This document shows positions 14,800-29,505 of a stretch of DNA of 64,000 bases, in pieces. The stretch comes from the human T2T-CHM13v2.0 reference genome, Homo sapiens, in the NCBI RefSeq assembly GCF_009914755.1, contig NC_060947.1; one strand, given 5' to 3'. The first letter of the stretch is position 1, and each line of letters starts with the position of its first letter. A program made the position numbers and the translations under genes. The notes below the pieces were generated by a model. It searched no databases. It saw only the letters and a program-made list of their open reading frames with translations, and was not told the origin of the DNA.

Positions 14800-15385
14800 C
14801 CTCATGCTTCAATCCCTCCAATTAAGAACTATGATCTCATCCTCTCTACCTTTGACCTCATTCCATACCATTTTCTTTCTTTTTTACTCCATCTTAACTG
14901 CGTTGGTTCCCTTGCCACTTTTCAAACACACCAGGCATGCTCCTGCCTTGTGGCTTTTTCTCTATCATTTGTGTGTGAAATGATCTTCCTTGGGGCTTTG
15001 CATAGCTTCCTCCCACACTTCATTCTGCTATCTGCTCAGAGAAATATTATTAGGGAAGTCTTCCTTTTCACTCTCTGTAAAATAGCAATACTCCGCTCTT
15101 CACTGTAGTACGGTCTAATGCTTTTGCACTGTTTTCATTTCTTTTATAGCACTTATACTACTTGACATCACATGTTTATTTATTGCCTATCTCCTTCCAC
15201 TGGAAGTAGAGTTTATGAGAGCAGAAACATTGCCTGTCATCTTCATTAAATTATTGCCATTCCCTACAACAGCACATGACACATGGTAGACTCTCAGTAA
15301 AGAGGCTAAGACTCAATAAAGAGTGACTCTCAATAAAAGAGACTAATGCAATAAAAACGCTCACATATTTGTTGAATGAAATAAT
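14800..15385 (+). mobile_element. L2 3' end fragment
   Basis: CCAGGCATGCTCCTGCC...GACACATGGTAGACTCTCAGTAAA...TTTGTTGAATGAA. Confidence 0.65.
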
Positions 15386-16398
15386 AAATTAAATTTATTT
15401 CCATGGCCTTTAAATGGGGTGGCTATTTGATATAGATCTAGAATTTGGTGGTAATTCTCTTGAACAATCCTTTGCGGTGTTACAACTCTGCCTGGCCCTG
15501 CCACTTTGCCAGTGCTTGGGTTTTCTTAGTTTGCTCAAATCCTAGGTCACTACAATGACCTAATAAGTTTCAAATATTTCTGGCCTATACAAGTTAGTGA
15601 GCATATGACTAAAATATAATTTCAGAGCCCCGTAGTCTCCTCATGTTCATCTCGCACCTTCTGAATGAAGACATGTTAAGGTGGATTTTGTTTCTCTCCT
15701 ACTTACGCCAAAGGTGTCTTACTCTTTCTCAAGAGGAATAATGTTGAGTAGCTCTCTACATCCTTCATCAGTTTGATCCAATTCTCATTATATCTAGTGA
15801 GAATTCCTTGACATTTCTGATAACTAAATAGTATCCATGCCTTTTTTTCCAGTATTCATTTTTTGTATATTCCGTTACTAGTTTGAATGAAAAATCAGGA
15901 ATGTGAGAATGAGGATGGCAGTGATCCCAAAGCTATTATTCTTGGAAGTTCTTCATTTTAGTTTGTCATTAGATATTGATACAATACCTCTAACTGGATC
16001 TCTCTGGCTTTCTTACTTAGTTTAAAAATTCTGTCCTTTCCTTAGTCATCCGGAATCATGACTCCGAGTCATTCTGCCTTTCTTTGCTGGTGCTTATCTA
16101 AACATTCAAGCATCTGTTCCTTTATATTTTATTTCTTACGCATTCATTCTTTTCTATTTCTAGGATCAAAAACTCTACTTCAACTGTTTACTGCTTCAAT
16201 GCAATCATTTGATTATAGCATTCCACATTTCCTTTTTCCATTTGAGTTCTCTACCCCTGGGCCCACTTTTGGCACAAGGGTTAAATTACCCCCCTTCACC
16301 ACCACTACCAACAAACATCTGATTCCTTATTAAAATCTGCTTTGACCTTCAGTGACTCTTCAATCACAGCACGAAATCAATGCTACTTTCCCGTATTA

Positions 16399-16443
16399 TT
16401 AGGTTGGCGCAAAACAACAGCAATTACTTTTGCACCGACCTAG
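16399..16443. mobile_element. MADE1 (mariner MITE), internally deleted
   Basis: TTAGGTTGGCGCAAAA...GCAATTACTTTTGCACCGACCTAG flanked by TA dinucleotides. Confidence 0.8.
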
Positions 16444-19184
16444 TATCTCCCTCTCGACCAATCCCAACCCTCTCTAAATTCTAGGGTCTATGCTGCCAAC
16501 GTATGGCTCAATGGCAGGGATAAGTCTGAGAAAGCAGTGAGCAGTAAAAAAAAATGTATATACGAGCATAGGAGAAAGATACTTTTTTTCAAATTCTTGT
16601 TTGCAGATTGTGTGATTTCAAGGACATTAAACTAATGAAGACTCAGATTCCTCATTTGTAAAACAGAAAAAGCAGTACATACTTTCTTATGTGTTAAGAC
16701 ATTGAACATGGTTGGAAATAACAACAAAAATCAACACAATCTCAGTTTCTCATTTCATTTTTAGCACATTGAACATTTAATGTCTAATATATTATTAGTT
16801 CTTATTCTTGAAAGCTTAGTGGTAGAGCAGTTACTGTGCCAGGACTTGGTTGCTCTAGATAAATTTTATATTACTGACTAGGACTATGCCAGAATGTCCT
16901 AATTTACCTATAGTACATTTAAATTCAGTACAGCGAAAAGATAAAACACGTATTACTCTTTCGAAACAAGCCACTGCAGATCAGGACTGTTGTTGTCACT
17001 GTATTTTGGAAGCAAACAGCACAAAGTGGCTTTGAACATTCTGTTTTTGAATGTTATTTTTATTTTGCCTTAAATGTTTCAAACCTATTTCCAGTTATCC
17101 AAGAGTGATGCACAGGAAATCCATGGTAATCTCCTCCTCCCAGTGGCACTGGCTATGCTAGCAGCTTGTACTCAGTTAAGGGCATATAAAACACTAAGAT
17201 TTCATTGGTGACATCGTCCAAGGAAACCTGGGGACAAAGGAAAAAACAGTATCCTCTCGACAATCACAAATCACTGATGAGATGTGAAGCTGGGCCACGA
17301 ACCTACTTTTTGAGCCCTGCAGAAGAAGAAAGAGGAGCTTTTCTCCATTCAAATATATTAGATCTGTTATTAGGTGGGAAACAAAAATTAAGATGTAACT
17401 AAACTTTAGATAACTTGTCGGCCTCCACCTTCCTCAACCCCACTAAGATTCTGGCAATGATTTTTATAATGAGTTGGCCAAATCTCGTGTAGTTCTTAGA
17501 CAAATACTTGCTAGGGCAATCAGGATAACTGGAGTACAACCCTCAGAATTAGGGTGTGTTTTAAAATTAATCTTATCCCAAGTTTTAAATCTGGCATGTT
17601 CATTAAGCTGAAACCGTCTCCTTAAACTTTGTACTTTGTGCTTGCCAATACTGTACAAATATTACCCATGCTTATTTCTCATCCTGTATACCTGGCTGGA
17701 CTTTAATAATCGGTTATGAGCTTTTCCCTTTTTGGAAGCCAAATGTGGTTTTATAATCCTTTTCAAATAAGTGCTGGGGGCATTCTCTACTATTAATTTC
17801 AATTGACACCTAAGATGAAGTTCATTTGCAATGCTTGCATGAGCCTCTGCTCTCCATAACTGTAAGCAGTGGCTGGGGTCTTTATACTAGGAGGACCATG
17901 GAAAACCAGTAACATGCATCAGAATGCAATTCTACTCTCGTGATACCAGCTATCATCCACTTAAATAGCAACATTTGCTTAGGTTGAAATCCAGTTCACC
18001 ATGCTACTTTGGGCACTGATTGCTGAACTGATTGTTGGACTGATGGCTCTTTGTCCCACTCTAGCCATCTAACGTTAGAGACTGATTAGCTTCTTCATCT
18101 TTGCTCCACTTAAATCCTGGCTTTTTGCATATGTCTACTGACCTATTTCACTAATGTCCCAGGATACTTTGATATTAAATTTAAGTTTCATTATGCTGAG
18201 ATAGAGAGTTTGAAAGGAGGCTATTTTTATAAATCTATATAGTTTATTTGACAAAAAGTCAAATATTTACTCAGTAAAAGATTACTGAACATATGCTATG
18301 GACCAGGAGATGTTTGAACACTGACGACACAGAAACAATTCTGATACTATCTCTGTCCTCAAGGAGCTCACATTTTAGCAGGAAGGATAAACTTTGTACA
18401 CAAATAATATAAATAAAATAGTAGGTACAAAGTTCAGAGAAGTAAAAATGCCCAACTGAAAATGTGAGGTTGTTATTATGGGAGCTTACAAGACAATGAG
18501 GTCAGGTTGCTCCAGTGTAGTGTAAAAGAAACAGAAACTCATTTTGAATACTAGCAGAGTGGCCTCATGAAAGCCATTAGATGGATCGGTAAATTTTTCA
18601 ACTAATTTACAAAAATTAATGGTAGTTCTAATTAAGGAACCGCATGAAATACCTAATTTCTTCCATTATACTTTACTGAATTTCATGGCTATAGGATAAC
18701 CCAAATATTTCAGAATTTACTACTTGTCACTAATAAGTAAGCACACATTTTTTTTCTCATAAACCAGTGGATCCCATTGGTTAAACTGCTTGCATTTTAG
18801 CCCCTGTCTTGGAATCTCTGAAGGGCTGCCTTACATATGTGCACTAACCTGACTGTTAGCTGGAGTCACCATACGGCTGTGATTTCTCTCTTGAACTTAC
18901 TTCCATTTGTCTACATCTGCTGCATATGAGTCTAGTTGAAGACATCTTACAAAGATTATAACCAGTTCTAAGAAAATTATTTCTTATACTAAGCATGTTA
19001 AATGTAGATGCTTCTAGCCCTCCGAGTGCCAAAACATGTCTACATTTTATGCAGAGGTGGAGAAAAATTGTTATAATTTGTTACCTGGAAACTGAAGCAG
19101 CTTAGCTTTGCTTGTGCCTAGAATCTACATTTCCCTTCAAATTTGTGTCCAGCCTTGCCCTCAACCCTTCCCCAAATCATAAGC

Positions 19185-19432
19185 AGTTTTAATAATACAC
19201 AATTTACCATCTTTACTATTTTTAAGTGTGTAGTTCAGTGTATACTTAATACAGAAACACGTGTTCTTTTTTTTCCTTTTGTCCTCCCCTCCCCTTCCTG
19301 GCCCTCAGCAACCATCAATCTATTCTCTGTCTTCATGAGCTCCACTTTTTATCGCTGACATATGAATGAGAACATGCATTATTTGTTTTTCTGTGCTTAT
19401 TTCACTTAACATAATGGCCTCCAGTTCCACAA
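19185..19432 (-). mobile_element. L1MA 3' UTR fragment
   Basis: CCCCTTCCTGGCCCTCAGCAACCATC...GAATGAGAACATGCATTATTTGT...ACATAATGGCCTCCAGTTCCA. Confidence 0.6.
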
Positions 19433-20174
19433 ATGTCTGGCTCTTCTAACATTAGGAACTCAAAGGAATCCCTGGGACTAGACAAGTATGAATGTCTTAC
19501 CAACCTAAATATCTTCCTCGTTTTTGCTTATAGTAGTATTCTTCTCTGTCCAAACCCTCCCTCCTCTATCAATTACAAATAAATGGTCCCAATTTATTAA
19601 GATACTAAGGGATTGAGTCTAAAAGCTTAGTTAACAGGGCTCCTGCTCAGTGAAAAAAATTAATAAGATCCTTTTCCTGGAAGATTATAAAATGTAGAAA
19701 TATTCTTGCAAAAGTTTCATGACATATCATTAATGGTTATCAAGGTATATTTTTGATTGCTCTTATTCTAACCGTTCTCATCATCACAGTCAATTGAACA
19801 TAAATCAAATATCTGAAACTAATTGGTACAGCTCTGTAGTCACTGATAATCTCATCAGTCAAATTGAAACTCAAATTTGCCTTGAAGCATTAAGCAAAGG
19901 ATATTTAAGACAACACAAACTGCTGAAGAGAAATAAGTCACAATGACTTAACACAACAGGAATTTCATTCTTAGGTGAAGTGCAAAACAAGTATTTCTAA
20001 TGGAAGGGAGCTTTTCTCCAAGAGTTCATCCTGAGCCCTATACTTCTTTTATCTTCAAACTTTCAATCTAGAGTGTATTCTGAAGTATCAGCAATCTGAA
20101 ATTCTTTTCAGGTGACGAGGAAGTGTCTAAAGACACTTTTCCCCATCTAACCATGGCCCTTCCATTATTTCATG

Positions 20175-21690
20175 TTTTACGAAATATTTATTGGAAGTCT
20201 ATAATGTGTCAGGCACTGTGCTAAAAATATTTCTAGCAGACAAAAAATATTTAAGCAGACAAAAATTGCTGTCCTCACTGAGTGTATAGCCAGGAAAAGA
20301 AAACAGACACCAAAATAAGTAATTTTTAGCTTACTTAAGACACAATTATCTACTTACTGGTAATGATTACTATGGAAATAAATACATCTGAATGCATAAA
20401 GAGGACATGTGACTTTCTCTAAGGAAATAATAGTTGCATTGGAATAGTAGGCAAAGTTTCTCAAACAGAAAGAATGCAGTGTGCCTGGCGTGTAGTGAGC
20501 AAAGGTGGAATTAGCTACAAAGTGAGACTAGAAATAAAGGCAGGGATGTGATGTGTTGAAGGTTTGGTGTTTACTCTGAATTCAATGAGAAATCACTAGA
20601 GTTTTCAACAAGATGTTGATCTAATGAGATTTGGAAAGATCACATTGACTGCTATGTGGAAGAGTAACTAATGGGAATGTGGGCATAAAACTTGGGAGCA
20701 CAGTTAGGAGATGGTTGTAACAATTCCGGTGAGAGACATTGGTTGGCTAGACTTGAGCACTATGACTTAAGGTATGGGTAGAATGTAGTATACGGGTTTT
20801 GGTGGTTGACTGACAATAAGGATATGTCAGAGAGGAAGGATTCAAAGTTGAATGCCAGGTTTGTGGCTTCAACAACTAGATATGTAGTGAGGACAGCATA
20901 TTAAGTTCAGTTTTGGCCATTCTGAGCTCGAGTTCCCAGGGAGAGATCAAATTGTTATTTACTAAGCAGGCAGTTCAACATATAGGTCAGTAGCTCAAAA
21001 AAAATGGCACATTGGAGGAAAAGGTTTGGGAGTCATCAGCATATATATATGTGCTATTTAATGCTTTGGTACTGAATGAGATCAGGTAGAAAAATGGCCA
21101 TATCACTTACAGTCCAAACCTGGACTCTTTTGAGAGTTAAAGGGAGAGAATTTTGAGAGTTGATAGTTATGCCAGAATGACCAGAACTGTTTTATGTAAA
21201 GCACAAATGTCCTTAGCAAATATTTAAAGGTCAAATAGGGAAGGCGTTGTCAGCAAGGAAACAGAAAGAACAGTCAATAAGGAAGGAGGAAATCACAGTG
21301 AATTGTAGTGTCACAGAGGGGAAGTACTACTGAGAGGTCAGTTGATTTCCTATGATGTCTTTTGTCATATACTTCCATAGTACCCTGTACTTTTTCATCA
21401 TTTAACTTATCGTTGAAATTTTATTATTCGATATCTTTCTTTCTATGAAGAGAGTGCATGACCCACAGTTGACAATCAACAAATATTTATGGAATGAATA
21501 AAGAAAAGATGAAAAAAGCAAAAAGTATCCACTGAATTTAGCAAAACAGCGATCATCAGTGCCCTTATTAAGAACAGTTTTGGTGGAGTCGTGAGGAACT
21601 GAGTCAATTTGCCTTAAGAAAAATGTGAGTGGGTGGCAAGGAAGGGAAGACAGTAAAAATTGACAACTCTTTCAAAAAGTTTGTCTGTGA
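20175..21690 (-). mobile_element. Degenerate L2 with nested small repeats
   Basis: AAATATTTATTG...TGTCAGGCACTGTGCTAA, GGAAAGATCACATTGACTGCTATGTGGA and GGGAGTCATCAGCATATA motifs. Confidence 0.6.
21090..21210. mobile_element. MER94/MER81-like hAT-Blackjack remnant
   Basis: GCCATATCACTTACAGTCCAAACCTGGACTCTTTTGAGAGTTAAAGGG. Confidence 0.5.
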
Positions 21691-23759
21691 GCCATTGGCT
21701 TAATGGACACATGTTTTAAGTAGGTTGACTATTCCTTTGGGTCCTAGGCAAATGTCAGCTGTGATAGATTTTTTTCTGAAAGTAATTTGACTAGATAAGG
21801 GTATACATGCCTCATTTATGAGATTTTAAATGGCTATGTGGTGGATCCATAATTACATAGTACATATTTTGCTTAGAATAAGCATAGCTCCCTTAAGAAG
21901 GTCATATTTTAACTCAGAGATATAATCAAGTATTTCTCCTGTGACAAAATGTAGTATTTAGGAAAAGTATTTTAAGGGCCATAGATTCCATATCTATTCC
22001 GCTTGATGCTTACAGTTCTTTACCAAAAACAAATGAAACCACCAGAAAGTTGCATGAATTGAGCAGTTCTTTGTCAGATCAGCAAGCATTTTTATTCCTA
22101 CTCTGCTTGCTAATGGCAGTTTGGAGAAATAGCTATGTGGATTCTAACTCTCTCTTTTCCCCCGTATCATCATCGTTGAGAATAATTTTTTCTATATTAC
22201 TCAGAGACTCTCTATATCAAGCACTGTATAAGCCATTTCTTTTTGAATTTAGTGCTGGAAGAAATTGTATCTTTAGAAAAAAGTTAACGTTTCTTCTTTC
22301 CTCGAACAGGATCTTTTAGAACCAACTGTTTTCTTTCTTCCATGGCTGTCAAAGAGCATGGCTGAACTTGTGGTTAGCACGTTTTTATTGTTCATTTTTC
22401 TATTTTTGTATTCTTATTTTATTATAGATTGTATTTTCATTTAATTTGTCTAAATAATTTGTGGATACTTAGAAAATGGACTTTGATTTCAGACTTACTC
22501 AATTAGCTACTTTCCCCTCCCACCCCTCAAATAAAATTACAGGGTCATTACTGACAGGCAAAAAGAAGTGATAGGCAGGAAATGTGTACAATGATAACAT
22601 AATTTAAATATGCATTACATTCCCACATACGCACACAAAAATATATATGTATATGCATATATATGTGTGGGGTGTGTGTGTATGTTACAAAGACAATTAA
22701 AATATTTCATGTTATCGACCAAATATTACTGTCCTTGAGGCCACCTAGCTGCAATATGCTGAAAGATTCAGATAGCAATCACCTGATCTTCTGTCATTTC
22801 TGCTAGTGCAATCTCCAGCTTGTGCCTCTTACAATCGTACAGGAAAATAACCAAGCGAACACCAAACAAAAAAGAAGAAACATATACTGCTTCTCAATGG
22901 CTATACATATGAAAATATAATTATATACTTGTATAATGTAAATTGATTTCTGTTAAATGAGTCAAGGCAATATCTGTAAGAAATAGATTCCAGTAAAATA
23001 TGCTAGTGCACAACTATGCACAAACACATTCTCACCTTTGAGGATATATCAGGGTCCTAATATGGTTTGTTATTTAAGTCAATACAAATTACTGCCTTAC
23101 CATCTATCAATTTATTTTAGTTGCAAGGACAATATGATATTATATTTCATTATTTATTTTTAAATATTTCTTTTTTGTGCTAAAAGCTTTAGGCTGACAT
23201 CAAAAAGTCCTTAATCTTAAAGTTCGCTATATCATTGTTTATAACAAACACATCTTTTGCAAAAGAAGGTTTAAGTTTATATTGAAATCACCTTTTATTA
23301 TACTAGTAGAATGGTAATAGAAATTACCATTTCCTTAGCTGTTTATATCAACTGTCTTTTCAGTTATTCACCAAGGGTCTACATTTAGCTATTGTCTTGC
23401 TAGATTACCTCCCTTAAGTACTTTAATATTTTGCAAACAACTAATTAACCTTTTGAACCCCATTAAGGGACAGTAAGAAGGAAGACAATTACTGAGACTG
23501 AAATTTGGTCAGGAGGCTGAGACTAATACAGTATTATTAGGACAGAAAGGAAAACCCTCTAATCTTTTTAATGACTACAGATGATCAGAGCAGCTGTCTT
23601 AAATCTTTTTTATTTAATTATTTTTACAGTAACCCAAATCTGGAAGACAGGGCTCCAACAAAGGGCTGGGTCACTGGCTCTGCATTAACCCTGAGGAAAA
23701 CGGCCACCTCAAAAGCATCAACTTCAACCCTCCTTGCAGGAGGAGTGGCTACAAATTAT

Positions 23760-23970
23760 ACTTCCTTGTATTCACATATCACTCGACAGTTTGCAGAGGG
23801 CTGTCACCTATATAATTTTATTTAATCATTAAAACTAATTCTGTGAGGTAAATAGCTCAGTATTATTATCTCCATTTCAGAGACAAATAAAGTACCTGAG
23901 GGATAAATTACTTCTCAACTATTGTGCTACTATTAAAAATTAGAGCCCAGATTCAGTGATTGGACCACAA
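23760..23970 (-). mobile_element. MIR fragment
   Basis: CTGTGAGGTAAATA...TATTATTATCTCCATTTCAGAGA. Confidence 0.55.
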
Positions 23971-24741
23971 TACATTTTCCGATGGCACAGCTTGATCACT
24001 GTACACATTAACAAAAGATCCTCTCTTTTCTCATGCATATCTGATGGCCTTTCTAGCTCTGATGATCTGCAAATCTACGCAAAGTACACACTCCCGGCCT
24101 GTCAATATTCACCGGGCATTATATTCTAATATGGGGCTTGTTCTTCTTCTTTCCTTCAGGAAAGTTCCTAATAACTGCCACCCTGAGTGACCTGCCTGAC
24201 TCCTTCTTCTATGATAGAAATGTGCTGCCTAACATATCTCTATAAAGAACATTATAAGAAAACATAGAATTTGGCAATCAAATCTTTACTGAACACTAAC
24301 TACTTAAAGAAATATGTGCTCAGAATTGAGATAGGGGGAAAAAAACCCCAGAAATTAAGAAACATGTTCTCTCTAGGTGAGTAAGCCAATTAAACTGATA
24401 ATTTCCCAGTTTTTTAATCCTCATGAGTTATAATTTGTTGAGAGACGAGGGAGTGAAATGGTCTGGGAACAGAGAGTAAGGGTATAGGCATAGGGAGAGA
24501 TGAGAAGTGTTCATATATGTGGCACTATATAAACTGAGATTAAGTTAAAAAAATGTGCTCTGCTTTGTAAATAAAGAGGTAGAAGACCCACTTAGAATGG
24601 ACCAGCAAAGCAGAAACAGTTATCCACAGCCTACTAAGATAGGAAATGAGAAGTTGAGAGCAGGGCTTGTGACAGAGAAAAGGAAAAATTGTCTCCTCAC
24701 TCTGGGAGGAGGTGAAGGGACTGGATTTCATTCAGTAAGGT

Positions 24742-25230
<489 letters not shown>

Positions 25231-25889
25231 ATTGGCATGAGACATGTTACATGTTTTTTCTGACAACTCTATTGGCAGGAGTACTTCTGTTTAGAGGACG
25301 TAAAGTAGTCACAACAATATGATTGTGGACGGTAGGTCAGAGAAAGATACTTAGTAGGAAACCCTTATGGAGAGGCTTTGGACTAGGGAATGTGAGGGCT
25401 GCCCTTTCCAGTCTCCACCTTTAAGTTCCACCACATACAGACTTGGGGATGTCATTTATTTTACCTGGGTCTTGGTTTCCACTTTTGTAACATATGAGTG
25501 ACACTAAATCAGCCTCATTGAGGTGTTGTGAGCATTGAGAATATATACATAAGCACACACACATGCACAGAGGTAGATAGGAATACAAAGATGTTTTATA
25601 TATTTACAAATATGATATATGTAAATAATCCTTGGCATATGGTAATAACCCAATACATTTTGGCTATTATTATCCAAATTTCATATGCTTTCTGCTGGAT
25701 TACATCCAGGAACGATTAATGGAACACATTAGAATTTCCTGAAGACCTTTATATTTAAGGGACAAGCTAGAGCTTCCAGTAGTCACATGGGAAGATATTA
25801 TAATTTAGAGATTAAAAGGAAGTATGAATATAAACTGGATAAAATTTAAGTTGTTAATTTATATTTCTTGGCTAATTTCATTGATTAAT

Positions 25890-26450
25890 ATATTCATTCA
25901 TTTGTGCATCCATTCAGCAAACATTCATTGAACAGTAAGGATAATGCCTGGTACATACTGATTGCTCAGTACATGTAAATCTTCATGTGTGGGATCACTT
26001 AATTATTAAAAACTGTTGGAAGTATTATGAACAAAATTTGCTAAGAGAATAGATGACAGGGTTTATAGCAGGCCTAGTCAGGAGCATTAGAAAAGTGATA
26101 TTTTAGCTGAGCTCTGACGCGTGAGTAAGCATAAGCCAGTCAAAGTTTAGAAGGAAGAATATTCTGAAAGAGGGAAAGGATTTGAAAAGACCTCAATGTG
26201 GGAAAACGTAAGGCGTATTTTCAGTACCAGCAAGAGCCCCAGTCTGGAAGAAATGCAGAAAGCAGATTGGATGTTCCATAAAATGTAACGGCAAAGGGAG
26301 GTAACGGTAAGGTCATGAGGATCTTGTAGGCCTGTAAAGATTTGGGGACGTTTTTGTCAAAGAAGAAAGGCACAAGTAAGCAGAAGAGTGACATCATCAG
26401 GTTTTTGTTTCTAAAAAATCCCTCTAGCTTCTGAAAGGAGAATGGCTTGG
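25890..26450 (-). mobile_element. L2 fragments
   Basis: ATTCATTCATT..CAGCAAACATTCATTGA and TTTTAGCTGAGCTCTGA motifs. Confidence 0.5.
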
Positions 26451-26817
26451 ACTGTATCTATGGCATCAAATTATATTTATTATGCTACTAAACATGTAAA
26501 CTATTTGTAACTGATTTCCTTAACCCGGCCTTCAAGAACTTATAAAACATGCATCTATCTTAAGAAGCTGCCACCCCATTCCAACATATCTCCTCTCAGT
26601 AATCACCATCTGGAAAGCCTGTTCCCAGGCTTCCTATGTGTAAATCTAACCCCCGAATTAGAGCTGTGCTAAAAGCCATTGCCTCCATGTGCCCCCTTCC
26701 TGATCCCCTTAACTTCAAGTGCTAGCTTCCTCTGAATTTTCAGAGAACAGATTCATTGCCTCTCTTAAGGTATTTTCTTATATCATGTATTACAGTTTTC
26801 AACTGCCATTCTTTCTT

Positions 26818-27123
26818 TGGGGGATGTGGGGAAGGTAGAGATGGTTAATGGGTACAAAAAATGGAAAGAATGAATAAGACCTACTATTGGATACCACAAC
26901 AGGTTGACTATAGTCAATAATAACATTATTGTACATTTAAAAAAGCCTAAAAGTCCATATTATTGGATTGTTGGTAACACAAAGGATAAATGTTTGAGGA
27001 GATGGATACCCCATTCTCCATGATGTGATCATTACACGCATTGTATGCTTGTATCAAAACATTTCATGTACCCCATAAATACATACACCTACTATGTACC
27101 AACAAAAATTAAAAGTTAAAAAA
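26818..27123 (+). mobile_element. L1MA1/2-like 3' end
   Basis: GATGGTTAATGGGTACAAAAAA..GAATGAATAAGACCTACTA...ATGTACCCCATAAATACATACACCTACTATGTACC plus A-tail. Confidence 0.75.
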
Positions 27124-29174
27124 TATTCATCCTTAACACTCTCACAGGACTGCCTTGAAGGCAACCACTCATCTCCTCTATCAACTTTATGGATGTGCTA
27201 CATGTAACATAATACTTACAAAAAATTAGTGAGTAAATACTCTCAAAACAAAAGAATACAAAGTAGAAGCAAAATAATGGGCTGAATTGGCATTATTTAT
27301 TTTGAATCTCAGTTGTCTCTATGATTGATCTTTTTATATTAGCAGTGATGTTTTATTACTTTCATGTAAAATAATATGCATTACTCTGAGGCTATGAAAA
27401 AAAAAAGAAATGTTATTTTCTTTTAAAAGGGATTTCAGTTCAGCCTGAAGGTGACCACTTTCTATTCTGAGATTCTATCCAGTTTCTGGATGGATAGAAC
27501 AAGATAACTTGCCCATCCCAACCCTCCCCAACACCCGACCCTTCCCCACATCCCCCACCACACACACAAAGTTATCACCTGTAAAGATGCTACAAGAGTG
27601 CAATAATGCAATGGATGATTATGTATCCTAGACTCAATTTCCAGGAGGTGGCTATCATTAATAAACTGTAAGTTTTGTCAAGGCTCTAGTATAGATCTAT
27701 ACTTCTACAGGAGATTGAAAATGTTGATATTCATGAGATTATATATTTTGTGCCCTTCTACCATCAACCCCATCCTCTATACACACACACACACGCAAAC
27801 ACGCATGCATGCACGCATGCACACCCACCATTTTCCACCATCCACAGCTGAGATAGAGGCATTTCTATGCCCAATGATGTCTAAATTCTTCTCAGTTTGC
27901 TATTTTCTTTTGGAGACTACATATCAAGGCATAAAGGAAGAGCATTAGGCTTTATTTCAGGGGGCCTGCACTTTTGAGTATATCATTTCCTACCATAAAT
28001 GTAAGATGGTAACACAGAAGCAGACCCCCTGAATAGGATCTGGCAGAGAGGTACAAATGATGGTTAAGTGTAACTCCTGCTATCCAGATGCTTATTATTT
28101 AGTTTTGTTAAGATATACCAGTATCCTTAATTTTAATCTATAATTTATGAAAAACACCTAGAACTTGTGTTGGTCGTGGTGTTTTCCTTGTCCATTCCAC
28201 TGTCCTTTCAGAATGGTAGTGTATCATTCTCACTGTAAACTTGATTCAAGAGATGAAAGTTTTTAGGTGGCTTCTCTCCTGAGATTACCATAACAGGACA
28301 TGCATTGAGTATTTTAATACATTTATCAATGATTTTAGAAACTAAGTTAACTATCTAAAGTTGTCCCCCAAAAATGGAGGAGGTCAAAGACAGCATGCCA
28401 TTTTAACTGGGACTGAAAATTTGCAACTGATGCTCCTCTGATATGTCAAAACCATTTTAGCATCTTATGCAGATCATAGATAACGTGATGAGTAATATGA
28501 TCTAAAATAGAAACATAGGGATCACTACTTGGCTGAAAAATTAGGTTCAAGGATAACGTGTCCCAACTTGAAATGACAATTTCTTTTTTTCCTCCAAGGT
28601 AATATCTTGAGCCAGATTTTATACCTGAATATAACTCAAAATGACAGCAACATTTTTGAACCTCTTCATATATTGTAAATGAGTTCCGTATAGTTTGTAT
28701 CGGAGGTAGTATAATCTGCATGTTGTACCTAATTACAGTAAAAAAAAGGGCTATTTTTTCATTCAAGTGCAACTAATTGTCAGTATGTGGAATTGTGCTG
28801 GCAGTCTGTTTATACACATTATAGAGGACTCACCTATTCATCTGTTTCAATGTTTTTTGTTTTTTGGGTTTTTTTTTAGAAAACATTCCAACACACAATG
28901 TCTTTTACCATGTAATAGTTGATAATTAGATATGAAATTTATGGCAATAACATCAACAGGACCAGAAACTCATTAAGAGAAACAGGTGGTACTGGGGAAA
29001 AAAACGTTTAGCTTAATGTAAAAAGGCTGCCTTGGTCTTGTATTTTCCATATTCTGTTGGGAGAGAGCAGTGGTGAAGGTATATGCCTGGAGGCTTTACC
29101 ATATACGTTACTTTAGAGCCTGAGTAACTGAGAATGGTGATATCGAATTGTGGTTTAGAATGTAGTTCAGATGG

Positions 29175-29505
29175 TGTCTTAACATTTGGGCTGCTGTAAC
29201 AAAATAATATAAACTGGGTTACTTATAAAGAACAGAGATTTAGTTCTCACAGTTCTGGAAGCTCAGAAATCCAAGATCAAAGCAGATGTTGTGTCTGGTG
29301 AAGGCTTATTTTCGAGGTCATAGATGGTGCCTTCTTGCTGTATTCTCACTTGGTGAAAGGGTCTCTCTTTGCCCCTTTTTGTAATGGTACGAATCTCCTT
29401 CATGAGGGCCCTGCCTCTGTCACTTCCTCCTAATACTATCACCTTCAAGGTTAGCATTTTGACTTATAAATTTTAGGGAGATAAAAAATCATTCAGATCA
29501 TAGTG
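29175..29505 (-). mobile_element. MLT1A/MST-type MaLR LTR
   Basis: TGTCTTA..TTTGGGCTGCTGTAACAAAAT...CTCACAGTTCTGGAAGCT..AATCCAAGATCAA. Confidence 0.75.

Noticed and set aside
21700-23750. Repeat-poor stretch that might hide host exons
   Set aside because: I found no convincing acceptor-ORF-donor combination or recognisable peptide; conservation cannot be judged from the sequence alone.
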